From the IMG/VR virus record IMGVR_UViG_3300044638_003984: DNA of 64,000 nucleotides, one strand, 5' to 3'. The notes beneath the pieces are model-generated. The model saw only the letters and a program-made list of their open reading frames with translations, ran no database searches and was not told the DNA's origin. The DNA comes from a virus (taxonomy: Duplodnaviria; Heunggongvirae; Uroviricota; Caudoviricetes). Position numbers and translations under genes: made by a program. Shown here piece after piece: positions 1 through 6,603 of this stretch (the stretch's first letter is position 1; each line of letters starts with the position of its first letter).

Positions 1-58
1 TCCAAAAGTTGCGCAATGTATACAAAAATCAAAGTGCATAAGTAGAAATTATAAAAAA

Positions 59-66
59 TATAAATA
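59..66 (+). promoter_or_regulatory. T4-type late promoter motif TATAAATA upstream of homing endonuclease gene
   Basis: Exact TATAAATA octamer ~70 nt upstream of the ATG at 137. Confidence 0.35.
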
Positions 67-136
67 TATTTATACGATTATGGAAGTCGTTACGCAACTC
101 CCATAATCTAAACACAAACTAAGGATAAGTTAGCTT

Positions 137-748
137 ATGTCTAAACCTATTTATTGCACTTACCTCACTGTATACAAAGGTAATAAACTCCCTCCATTTT
201 ATATTGGATCCACTTCTGTTGTCAAGATCAACAATGGTTATCGTGGTTCAGTTAAATCTAAGAAATACAAAGAAATCTGGAAATCTGAATTAAAGAATAA
301 TCCGAATCTATTTACAACAAAAATTGTAACAATTCACGATTCTAGACAAGAAGCTCTTGACAAGGAAGATTTGTTACACAAGAAACTTAATGTTGTTAAA
401 TCACCAATGTATATTAATATGTCATTTGCATCTAAGAACGGTTATTTTGGAACTTCGTTATCTGGATATGGACAAGACGCCCCATTCTACGGTAAAACGC
501 ATACAACAGAAACAAAAATGAAAATATCTAATAGTTTATGTGGTACAAGTAACCATATGTATGGTAAAACACACAGCCAAGAAGCTAGAAAGAATATTTC
601 TTTAAAATTGTCAGGCAATAAAAATGGTTCTTTTGGAAAGGGATGGTTTTATAATCCGTCAACATATGACAGTATTAAATGTTTTCCTGAAAATAAACCA
701 GAAAATTATATTCCTGGAAGAAAAATAAAACCAAGAATAACAAAGTAA
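137..748 (+). CDS. GIY-YIG homing endonuclease with NUMOD3 DNA-binding repeats (Seg-like)
   Basis: N-terminal IYCTYLTVYKGNKLPPFYIGST GIY-YIG motif; repeated GKTHTxETKxKIS NUMOD3 motifs; paralogue of 40428-41237. Confidence 0.8.
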   Translation: MSKPIYCTYLTVYKGNKLPPFYIGSTSVVKINNGYRGSVKSKKYKEIWKSELKNNPNLFTTKIVTIHDSRQEALDKEDLLHKKLNVVKSPMYINMSFASKNGYFGTSLSGYGQDAPFYGKTHTTETKMKISNSLCGTSNHMYGKTHSQEARKNISLKLSGNKNGSFGKGWFYNPSTYDSIKCFPENKPENYIPGRKIKPRITK

Positions 749-761
749 TGAACATTTAAAT

Positions 762-839
762 TGGTCGAGAAGGTAGGATTTGAACCTACGACCTCCTGTT
801 TCCAAAACAGGCGGGGACTCCAGACTCCCCTACTTCTCG
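762..839 (-). tRNA. tRNA-Pro (anticodon UGG), CCA encoded
   Basis: Cloverleaf on reverse complement: acceptor CGAGAAG/CTTCTCG, D-stem GGGG/CCCC, anticodon loop UUUGGAA, T-loop TTCAAAT, A73 then CCA. Confidence 0.8.
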
Positions 840-852
840 AAAAACTTTTGAT

Positions 853-928
853 GGAAAAGAGTGGGATTCGAACCCACGTGCTTCTGTTTCCAAAACAGAC
901 GAGATAAGCCAGACTCCTCTATTTCCCG
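853..928 (-). tRNA. tRNA-like second copy with UGG anticodon loop (degenerate acceptor stem, no CCA; possible pseudo-tRNA)
   Basis: Identical anticodon stem-loop UCUGU-UUUGGAA-ACAGA, same D-loop AGTCTGG and T-arm GTGGG-TTCGAAT-CCCAC as the Pro tRNA, but acceptor pairing is only 5-6/7. Confidence 0.4.
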
Positions 929-938
929 ATATTAAATT

Positions 939-1013
939 TGGAGCGGCCAGTCAAATTCGAATTGACACCAAGAGTTTGGAAGACTCCTGTGCTACCGTTA
1001 ACACCATGGCCGC
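939..1013 (-). tRNA. tRNA-Gly (anticodon UCC)
   Basis: Acceptor GCGGCCA/TGGCCGC, anticodon loop CUUCCAA, T-arm GTCAA-TTCGAAT-TTGAC, CCA encoded. Confidence 0.75.
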
Positions 1014-1024
1014 ATATAATCTTT

Positions 1025-1101
1025 TGGAGGGTATGTTGAGAATTGAACTCAATCTGAGAGATTCACAGTCTCCCGTGCAAAACCTTAAACACTTCATACC
1101 C
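1025..1101 (-). tRNA. tRNA-His (anticodon GUG)
   Basis: Acceptor GGGTATG/CATACCC, anticodon stem GGAGA/TCTCT with loop CUGUGAA, T-loop TTCAATT, CCA encoded. Confidence 0.7.
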
Positions 1102-1107
1102 AAACTT

Positions 1108-1200
1108 TGGTGCTCCCACCAGGATTCGAACCTGGACCGTGCTCTAATCAGGAGCGAACAGCTTATAAGGCTGCCGTGCTTACCATTACACCATAGGAGC
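1108..1200 (-). tRNA. Atypical 93-nt tRNA with anticodon UAU (AUA-decoding, Ile2-like) and a long type-II-like variable arm, discriminator A73
   Basis: Acceptor GCTCCTA/TGGGAGC, D-arm GTGT-AATGGTAA-GCAC, anticodon stem GCAGC/GCTGT with loop CUUAUAA, 22-nt variable region forming hairpin GCTC-CTGATTA-GAGC, T-arm CCAGG-TTCGAAT-CCTGG, CCA encoded. Confidence 0.55.
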
Positions 1201-1207
1201 AAATTTT

Positions 1208-1281
1208 TGGCTCTCCCGTTCGGATTCGAACCGAAATCGACGGTTTTGGAGACCGTAATGTTACCATTACACCACAGGAGT
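1208..1281 (-). tRNA. tRNA-Trp (anticodon CCA)
   Basis: Anticodon stem ACGGT/ACCGT with loop CUCCAAA, D-stem GTGT/ACAT, T-arm TTCGG-TTCGAAT-CCGAA, CCA encoded; 1:72 A-A mismatch. Confidence 0.7.
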
Positions 1282-1481
1282 ATTATTATTTATAGAACTC
1301 TTTGAGAGACCAGACCTCGAACCTGGATCAGTTAGCTTTGAACTAGCACCCAATTAGTGCCCTGGTTTTTCCTTGTTAAACTATCTCTCGAAATTTAAAT
1401 TAATCAGTATGGATTAATAAGCTATCTTTTTCATCCAATCTTTTCATCTGCTTACTAGATGTTGGACCTACTGATTAAAGT

Positions 1482-1563
1482 TGGTTGCGGAGGTAGGATT
1501 TGAACCTTTTGAGACGTCCTCTTGGTTATGAGCCAAGCGAGCTGACCGCTGCTCTACTCCACA
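1482..1563 (-). tRNA. tRNA-Met/Ile2-like (anticodon CAU), 82 nt with weak T-stem
   Basis: Acceptor TGTGGAG/CTCCGCA plus A73-CCA, D-arm GAGC-AGCGGTCA-GCTC, perfect anticodon stem CTTGG/CCAAG with loop CUCAUAA; T-stem only 3 bp and an extra variable segment containing GACGTC. Confidence 0.5.
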
Positions 1564-1568
1564 ACAAT

Positions 1569-1886
1569 TTAATACGAACTAAACGAAACACTCATTCTTT
1601 CGAAATCAACTTCTTCTGGATTGATTTGTGAAAGATCGAATCCTTCAACTTCAAAAACCTTTTCGGTCAATGTATGTTCCATTCCACAAGATCCATTACA
1701 AGAACAACCTGAGGAATAGCACCACAAAATCTTTCCTTCCGAATTAACTCCAATTCCTTCATAGTCATGGTGGCCGTAACCGTGTTCTTCGTTACAAATT
1801 TCTTTTACAATAACGCATTCCTCATCATCGAATGAAGACTTTGGTAGTGTATTGTAATTTTCAACAACATATTTAATGATATCCAT
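1569..1886 (-). CDS. hypothetical Cys-rich small protein embedded in tRNA array
   Basis: ORF-track ORF of 105 aa with a CYSSGCSCNGSCG cluster; sits between tRNA genes. Confidence 0.45.
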   Translation of the reverse strand: MDIIKYVVENYNTLPKSSFDDEECVIVKEICNEEHGYGHHDYEGIGVNSEGKILWCYSSGCSCNGSCGMEHTLTEKVFEVEGFDLSQINPEEVDFERMSVSFSSY

Positions 1887-1904
1887 TATTCCTCACAAAT
1901 TTTA

Positions 1905-1992
1905 TGGTGGAAGCCGTGAGATTTGAACTCACAATCCCCTTGGGGAAATGGTTTTACAGACCACCGCAGCTAACCGTATCTGCCTGACTTCC
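1905..1992 (-). tRNA. tRNA-Tyr (anticodon GUA), type II
   Basis: Acceptor GGAAGTC/GGCTTCC, anticodon stem GTGGT/ACCAT with loop CUGUAAA, long variable arm with CCCC/GGGG stem, T-arm GTGAG-TTCAAAT-CTCAC, A73-CCA. Confidence 0.8.
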
Positions 1993-1993
1993 A

Positions 1994-2149
1994 TTAATCT
2001 TTTCTAAAAACAAACTCAGTACAATCGCAAGTTAAACATTTCTTTTTGGTGTTTGGTATAATTTTACCACAATCACCTATTGGATATTTATGATCTTTTC
2101 TTTCATGACCGCATATACATGGATCATATTTAGTGCAATTAACTATCAT
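1994..2149 (-). CDS. hypothetical small Cys/His-rich (zinc-ribbon-like) protein
   Basis: The ORF-track ORF 1994-2218 overlaps tRNA-Glu; trimmed to the internal Met (MIVNCTKYDPCICGHERKDH...CLTCDC). Confidence 0.35.
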   Translation of the reverse strand: MIVNCTKYDPCICGHERKDHKYPIGDCGKIIPNTKKKCLTCDCTEFVFRKD

Positions 2150-2188
2150 AGATATACTATAACGTATTTTAGTTTGCTTGTCAATATT

Positions 2189-2265
2189 TGGTATGGTCGA
2201 CGGGATTTGAACCCGCAATCCCCACCTTGAAAGGGTGGTGGCTTAACCAATTTGCCTACGACCAT
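2189..2265 (-). tRNA. tRNA-Glu (anticodon UUC)
   Basis: Acceptor ATGGTCG/CGACCAT, anticodon stem CCACC/GGTGG with loop CUUUCAA, T-arm GCGGG-TTCAAAT-CCCGT, A73-CCA. Confidence 0.75.
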
Positions 2266-2283
2266 ATATGTTTAAATATTTTT

Positions 2284-2361
2284 GGTGGCTCCGCCCGGAT
2301 TCGAACCGGGATCTTATGCTCTTCAGGCATATGCTGCATACCAATCCAGCTACACAGAGCC
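2284..2361 (-). tRNA. tRNA-Phe (anticodon GAA)
   Basis: Acceptor GGCTCTG/CGGAGCC, anticodon stem TATGC/GCATA with loop CUGAAGA, T-arm CCCGG-TTCGAAT-CCGGG, A73-CCA; D-arm pairing imperfect. Confidence 0.65.
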
Positions 2362-2459
2362 ATTAAAATTTTGCGCTTCTCAGTGGATTTCACTATAGTT
2401 CCGAATCTTGACTAGATACCTTGAGCTCAGTATCAATCGCACGTCTATCACTAAGAATT

Positions 2460-2533
2460 TGGTGGAATCTGTCAGAATCGAACTGACATCGCCTGAATGC
2501 AAATCAGGAGTTTTCCCATTAAACTAAGACCCC
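2460..2533 (-). tRNA. tRNA-Ala (anticodon UGC)
   Basis: Acceptor GGGGTCT/AGATTCC with G3:U70 wobble, D-arm GTTT-AATGGGA-AAAC, anticodon stem CCTGA/TCAGG with loop UUUGCAU, T-arm GTCAG-TTCGATT-CTGAC, CCA. Confidence 0.7.
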
Positions 2534-2538
2534 AAAAG

Positions 2539-2612
2539 TGGAGGTTGATTGTAGAATTGAACACCAGATTTTCCGTAGACAACGGAAGGTTTTACCACTA
2601 AACTAACGAACC
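2539..2612 (-). tRNA. tRNA-Asp (anticodon GUC)
   Basis: Acceptor GGTTCGT/ATCAACC, D-arm GTTT-AGTGGTA-AAAC, anticodon stem TTCCG/CGGAA with loop UUGUCUA; T-stem has 2 mismatches. Confidence 0.55.
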
Positions 2613-2629
2613 AACTTACTACATTATTT

Positions 2630-2658
2630 AGTATACTTCTTTTAGAACATTTCGTCAA
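2630..2658 (-). promoter_or_regulatory. sigma70-like promoter (TTGACG-17-TATACT) upstream of tRNA-Asp
   Basis: The reverse complement reads TTGACGaaatgttctaaaagaagTATACT. Confidence 0.5.
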
Positions 2659-2664
2659 ACTCTT

Positions 2665-2838
2665 TTACCATTTTGTTAAAGAAAAAAGAACGATACTACC
2701 ATCACGATCAATACCAAACTGCATATCTTTGAATGTAAAGAACCACACTTCAAACAGATTTGAGTATTCAAGATCTGGAATCACTTCAGATAAACCAATT
2801 TCTTGAAGAGAAGAAATTACATCGTCATTAGGTTTCAT
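2665..2838 (-). CDS. hypothetical 57-aa protein (not in ORF track)
   Basis: ATG preceded by AAGGA Shine-Dalgarno at ~7 nt; translates MKPNDDVISSLQEIGLSEVIPDLEYSNLFEVWFFTFKDMQFGIDRDGSIVLFSLTKW. Confidence 0.35.
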   Translation of the reverse strand: MKPNDDVISSLQEIGLSEVIPDLEYSNLFEVWFFTFKDMQFGIDRDGSIVLFSLTKW

Positions 2839-2858
2839 AATTATCCTTTATTATAACT

Positions 2859-2932
2859 TGGAGCACTGTGATGGAATCGAACCATCGTTAACTGTTTTGC
2901 AGACAGTTACCTAGCCTCTCGGACAACAGTGC
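2859..2932 (-). tRNA. tRNA-Cys (anticodon GCA)
   Basis: Perfect acceptor GCACTGT/ACAGTGC, anticodon stem ACTGT/ACAGT with loop CUGCAAA, T-arm GATGG-TTCGATT-CCATC, CCA. Confidence 0.75.
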
Positions 2933-2942
2933 AAAAATTGTT

Positions 2943-3017
2943 TGGTGGGATCGGTGAGGCTCGAACTCACAACTCCAGACTTAAAAGGTCTGTACTCTAC
3001 CATTGAGTTACGATCCC
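2943..3017 (-). tRNA. tRNA-Lys (anticodon UUU)
   Basis: Acceptor GGGATCG/CGATCCC, D-arm ACTC-AATGGTA-GAGT, anticodon stem CAGAC/GTCTG with loop CUUUUAA, T-arm GTGAG-TTCGAGC-CTCAC, A73-CCA. Confidence 0.8.
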
Positions 3018-3100
3018 AAAATTTCTTTCATCACTTTCACATTTGATATTCACACAAACATTGAACCAACCTGACCATCAGTTTTGGATACTTAAAATTA

Positions 3101-3186
3101 TGGAGGAGGATGATAGCATCGAACTATTATCCCTAGAGATACTACGGTTTTCAAGACCGTGCGGGGAGCCAACCCCAGCATCCTCC
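3101..3186 (-). tRNA. tRNA-Ser (anticodon UGA), type II
   Basis: Acceptor GGAGGAT/ATCCTCC, anticodon stem ACGGT/ACCGT with loop CUUGAAA, long variable arm, CCA. Confidence 0.7.
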
Positions 3187-3192
3187 AATATT

Positions 3193-3267
3193 TGGCTCCC
3201 CGGGCAGGACTCGAACCTACAACATCCTGGTTAACAGCCAAGCGCTCTACCATTGAGCTACCGAGGA
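3193..3267 (-). tRNA. tRNA-Asn (anticodon GUU)
   Basis: Acceptor TCCTCGG/CCGGGGA, D-arm GCTC-AATGGTA-GAGC, anticodon stem CTTGG/CCAGG with loop CUGUUAA, T-arm GTAGG-TTCGAGT-CCTGC, G73-CCA. Confidence 0.75.
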
Positions 3268-3392
3268 ACAACTTAAAAAGGCCCGAACTGGGATCTCACG
3301 GGTATTCTCTGCATGCCGAGTTATTTCCCTATCGTTCCATAGAAGGTAACCATACATAGCACCATTTTCTATTGTCTATCCAGTTCAAAATT

Positions 3393-3476
3393 TGGTAGCC
3401 CTGGGAGGAGTTGAACCTCATGCCGTCCGCCCAACTCTAAGGATCGGTTTAGAAGACCGATGTCGGGTTCAGGGCC
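3393..3476 (-). tRNA. Atypical 84-nt tRNA-like with UCU (Arg) anticodon loop and truncated D-arm
   Basis: Acceptor GGCCCTG/CAGGGCT plus A-CCA, T-loop TTCAACT, perfect hairpin ATCGGT-CTTCTAA-ACCGAT; only ~9 nt where the D-arm should be and a ~23-nt extra segment. Confidence 0.4.
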
Positions 3477-3527
3477 AAAACTTGTAACAAGTGAGAGGAT
3501 CAACTTCATCAACTCAATCACTTATTT

Positions 3528-3556
3528 ATTATACTTCATTTTACTACTTTCGTCAA
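3528..3556 (-). promoter_or_regulatory. consensus sigma70-like promoter (TTGACG-17-TATAAT) heading the tRNA array
   Basis: The reverse complement reads TTGACGaaagtagtaaaatgaagTATAAT. Confidence 0.55.
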
Positions 3557-3560
3557 CCCA

Positions 3561-3635
3561 GGCGATTCTTTACCAAACTGATAGTTCACGCATTGTTCAA
3601 TGAACTTCCATGCGTAGATCAGGATAAAGAATCGC
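3561..3635. repeat. perfect 12-bp inverted repeat GGCGATTCTTTA / TAAAGAATCGCC flanking a 51-nt loop with inner palindrome GTTCAATGAAC
   Basis: Lies between two minus-strand promoters upstream of the tRNA array. Confidence 0.6.
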
Positions 3636-3682
3636 CGATCACTTAATTTAGATATTCAGTTGTCAAAGAACTTTACTTATTT

Positions 3683-3712
3683 AGTTTACTACTTTTTACT
3701 TCTTTTCGTCAA
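3683..3712 (-). promoter_or_regulatory. sigma70-like promoter (TTGACG-18-TAAACT)
   Basis: The reverse complement reads TTGACGaaaagaagtaaaaagtagTAAACT. Confidence 0.4.
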
Positions 3713-3750
3713 GCACTTTTTGTGAATTTTTGTTTCAAAAATTTTTTACA

Positions 3751-3963
3751 TTAATCTTCTTCGGTGTAGAGTTCGATATCTTCACGAAGAATTTTTGTTG
3801 CATGGATAGGTTCATCAGTCTGATCTACTCCGATAGCCCAAATTTCTTCATTGATTTCAACTACACGCCAACCAGTCCATTTCATTTCACGACAAGGTTC
3901 AACTCCTCCAATAACTTTTGTCTGTTTCTCATAATACGCATTCATTACTTCATTTTCAGTCAT
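3751..3963 (-). CDS. hypothetical protein (70 aa)
   Basis: ORF track; compact minus-strand operon of small genes. Confidence 0.4.
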   Translation of the reverse strand: MTENEVMNAYYEKQTKVIGGVEPCREMKWTGWRVVEINEEIWAIGVDQTDEPIHATKILREDIELYTEED

Positions 3964-3972
3964 TTGTAATCC

Positions 3973-4170
3973 TTAAAAGAATCGAACGGTTCGGAGATTG
4001 TATTCATCGCAAGTTAGAATTCCGAGATTCGTTTCGACGACAAAATTCTCGCCATCGAAGGATACGCAATAATCTGTAACAGAACCAGAGAATCGAACCA
4101 ATTGTCCGATCCTAGCAGCCCGAACCTGATCATCAGTAATTTCGAACCACGGCGCACTTGCCATTTCCAT
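3973..4170 (-). CDS. hypothetical protein (65 aa)
   Basis: ORF track. Confidence 0.4.
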   Translation of the reverse strand: MEMASAPWFEITDDQVRAARIGQLVRFSGSVTDYCVSFDGENFVVETNLGILTCDEYNLRTVRFF

Positions 4171-4218
4171 ACAACCATTATACCTTTTCAGATTTTGGAA
4201 GTCAAGCGATTTTGGAAA

Positions 4219-4506
4219 TTAATTTCCGAAAATCACTTTTCCTTCCAGGACGATCTTTCCATCAGATGTAGGAACGAGCAAACCATCGTTCATCAGAATC
4301 TTGAGAGGAGCAGCGGAACGAAGTTTTTCGAAATAATCCTCCACAGTATAATGCTTTATGAGCACGTTCATGAACTTTGTCTTCGTGACGGGAGCCTTTC
4401 TGTAGCGGAAACGAGCCACACAAACCTGGTTGCCGTTCAGATCGTAGTTCAGATAGTTGAACTGTAATCCTTTAATGTACGAAAATTTGCTTCGTTCGAA
4501 TTTCAT
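4219..4506 (-). CDS. hypothetical protein (95 aa), start trimmed to MKFERSKF
   Basis: ATG sits 6 nt after a TATAAT box (the conserved TATAATGGTTCTATGAAA element), so the upstream part of the ORF-track ORF is promoter sequence. Confidence 0.45.
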   Translation of the reverse strand: MKFERSKFSYIKGLQFNYLNYDLNGNQVCVARFRYRKAPVTKTKFMNVLIKHYTVEDYFEKLRSAAPLKILMNDGLLVPTSDGKIVLEGKVIFGN

Positions 4507-4512
4507 AGAACC

Positions 4513-4541
4513 ATTATAGCGTACTCGATCGACCGAAGCAA
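4513..4541 (-). promoter_or_regulatory. sigma70-like promoter TTGCTT-17-TATAAT with -10 box 6 nt before the ATG (leaderless-type)
   Basis: The reverse complement reads aaaaaagaTTGCTTcggtcgatcgagtacgcTATAATggttctATGaaa. Confidence 0.5.
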
Positions 4542-4585
4542 TCTTTTTTGAAATTTTTATTGCCTTTAGAATCAATGACTTGCAG

Positions 4586-4822
4586 TTAACTAATTGAAAA
4601 CACATGAGATATTCTTTTCTTCATGCATGCGTATGCATCCGCCGTTTCAATATGAAAAATGTACTTCGGCTTGGGATCCCTTTCCTGGGCTTCCGAAATG
4701 GTTCGGTATACCAAGGGTATACCGTCCTGGCCGATCGTTCCTGTGAGGAATGATTTTGGACACAGGCTGCATCCAAAATCATAAAGCCTATTGGCTACGA
4801 AGAATATTCTCTTTGTTTTCAA
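4586..4822 (-). CDS. hypothetical protein (TTG start in ORF track; uncertain)
   Basis: ORF track only; no clear RBS. Confidence 0.25.
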   Translation of the reverse strand: MKTKRIFFVANRLYDFGCSLCPKSFLTGTIGQDGIPLVYRTISEAQERDPKPKYIFHIETADAYACMKKRISHVFSIS

Positions 4823-4873
4823 TTACTTGCTGCAAATTATTGAAAATAAATAGAATATAGTTCAGAAAAAACT

Positions 4874-4901
4874 TTGATCTATTGTTCGTTCGAGGTATAA
4901 T
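4874..4901 (+). promoter_or_regulatory. sigma70-like promoter TTGATC-16-TATAAT, -10 box 6 nt before the ATG at 4908
   Basis: Reads aaaaaactTTGATCtattgttcgttcgaggTATAATggttctATGaaa; same downstream element as at 47850 and 4513(-). Confidence 0.5.
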
Positions 4902-4907
4902 GGTTCT

Positions 4908-5219
4908 ATGAAAGCTTATCGAAATATTCGGTTAACTGAATGTCCAGATATCGCAGATATCCAATACGAAGGGCGAAAGACCTCTGTTGGTCGGATTCTT
5001 AGAGGAGAGAAGGCGGTCCCTCGCTACAAGAACGGTATTGTTGGATATGCTGATGGTACTCCTGGAATCGACCTCAATGCCGATAAGATCGTCCACAACG
5101 ATCGTGGTTACTGCCGTCCCAAAAAGAAGAAGTCGGTCCGTCGTTATTTGAAGCGCAAAGACAAAGCGATGGAAATGAAGTTCCAAAAAAACTCTGAAAA
5201 TTTTTCTCAGAACGATTGA
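4908..5219 (+). CDS. hypothetical basic protein (103 aa)
   Basis: ORF track; Lys/Arg-rich C-terminus. Confidence 0.5.
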   Translation: MKAYRNIRLTECPDIADIQYEGRKTSVGRILRGEKAVPRYKNGIVGYADGTPGIDLNADKIVHNDRGYCRPKKKKSVRRYLKRKDKAMEMKFQKNSENFSQND

Positions 5220-5245
5220 CATTTTCCGATCAAATAGAGTACACT
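5216..5245 (+). promoter_or_regulatory. sigma70-like promoter TTGACA-18-TACACT, -10 ends 6 nt before the ATG at 5252
   Basis: Perfect -35 TTGACA; the ORF-track TTG start at 5216 is the -35 itself. Confidence 0.45.
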
Positions 5246-5251
5246 AATAAT

Positions 5252-6334
5252 ATGAAGAAACGCTTCTCAAATTCTAACGAAGTCTACTGGGGCAAAGAAC
5301 CCGAAGCAAAAGATTTCGTGGATCCTCTTTCGCCGAACTTTCGCACTTTTCTTCTTGAATCGCTGGCGTGGTACAACTACTCCACGACTTCGGAAAAGAA
5401 GAAGAGATGGTTTATTGACTGGGTGAAGGCCACTCGTCCGAAAGCCAATCATGCTGCTCTTGAAGTCATAAATGATGGCGCCTTCACTACTGCTGGTGCT
5501 CTGGCTCGGATGCATTCTCGTGGACTAACTGAATCCGATTACATTAACCGAAAACTCGCTGGTTGGGTTTCGGACTTTATTACCGAAGGCGAAGGAATCC
5601 TTCGTGCGAAGTCTGTTCAGAAAGAAACCAAGAAGAAGCTTGTTGAAGCCGATCCTCGTCTGTCGAATATGATTAATTCGCTAGATGAAGAATTGGATCG
5701 TCTTATCAAGAATAACTATAAACCGACGGGATTCAATATGGATTATTGGATTCGTCTGAATACTCCTTCTCCGGCTCATCATGCTGCGATTAAAGATCAC
5801 TTCATGAAACTTCTTGAAGAGATTACGAATGAAGATGATGAGCAGATTGCAGAAGCTTACTCTCATCTTAATGAGAAACAATTCAATAATCTGGTTGAAT
5901 TCGTTCTCGATATTGTTTCTACGAAGAAGATTCGGAAGACTCGGGTCGTTCGTAAGAAGAAGACCGCTTCTCCTGTGAAACAAGTTTCTAAGATGAAGTA
6001 TGCTGATAACGATCCGGATACTGGTGTTAAATCTGTTTCTCCCACCGACATTCCTGGTTCTAAGGTAGTCTGGGTTTGGAATAAGAAGTATCGGATGCTT
6101 GGCGCTTATTATGCTCAGGATGGTGCTGAAATCGCAGTGAAGGGTACGACTCTTCTAAACTTCGACGAAGAGATTTCTGTCTGGAAGAAGATTCGTAAAC
6201 CGGAAGTAATTATCCCTCAGATGATCTCCGCAGGAAAACCTGCAATGAAAAAAATCTTCGAAGGAATCGCTTCTAAGTCTTCTAAGATGACTGGTCGAAT
6301 TAACTCTGATACTGTGATCTTGAAGATCTCGTAA
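5252..6334 (+). CDS. hypothetical protein (361 aa)
   Basis: ORF track trimmed to the first ATG downstream of the promoter; no recognisable family. Confidence 0.5.
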   Translation: MKKRFSNSNEVYWGKEPEAKDFVDPLSPNFRTFLLESLAWYNYSTTSEKKKRWFIDWVKATRPKANHAALEVINDGAFTTAGALARMHSRGLTESDYINRKLAGWVSDFITEGEGILRAKSVQKETKKKLVEADPRLSNMINSLDEELDRLIKNNYKPTGFNMDYWIRLNTPSPAHHAAIKDHFMKLLEEITNEDDEQIAEAYSHLNEKQFNNLVEFVLDIVSTKKIRKTRVVRKKKTASPVKQVSKMKYADNDPDTGVKSVSPTDIPGSKVVWVWNKKYRMLGAYYAQDGAEIAVKGTTLLNFDEEISVWKKIRKPEVIIPQMISAGKPAMKKIFEGIASKSSKMTGRINSDTVILKIS

Positions 6335-6354
6335 TAATAAATAAAGATAGGAAT

Positions 6355-6603
6355 ATGTCTCACAACGAAACTGTAAATTATCTTGTACTCCAGGGCTGGG
6401 AGTATGATGCGAATGCTGGTGATGGCTTCGCTTTTCGACCTAATTGGTATGATGAGGATATCGATGAACAAGAATGGTTCACTATTGACCAAGCTCTTGA
6501 AATCGAAAAGATTAATGATCCAGAATCTTATCGAGAATATGATATGGTTCAGAATCTGAATTCTAGATACGCTTGTATGTTCTCTCAATATATGGAGTCG
6601 TAG
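6355..6603 (+). CDS. hypothetical acidic protein (82 aa), TAG stop immediately followed in frame by the next ATG
   Basis: ORF track. Confidence 0.45.
   Translation: MSHNETVNYLVLQGWEYDANAGDGFAFRPNWYDEDIDEQEWFTIDQALEIEKINDPESYREYDMVQNLNSRYACMFSQYMES

Noticed and set aside
951-1305. ORF-track ORFs 951-1202(-) and 976-1305(+), and likewise 2188-2415, 3043-3234, 3159-3359, 52172-52402, 52216-52425
   Set aside because: They run through tRNA genes; the tRNA-shaped amino-acid strings (e.g. GFEPA, GLEPT) are translation artefacts.
1290-1380. Possible additional minus-strand tRNA (T-arm-like CCAGG-TTCGAGG-TCTGG, anticodon-like TAGTT-CAAAGCT-AACTG)
   Set aside because: No acceptor stem at a tRNA-compatible distance, and the anticodon loop lacks U33; left as an unexplained structured segment.
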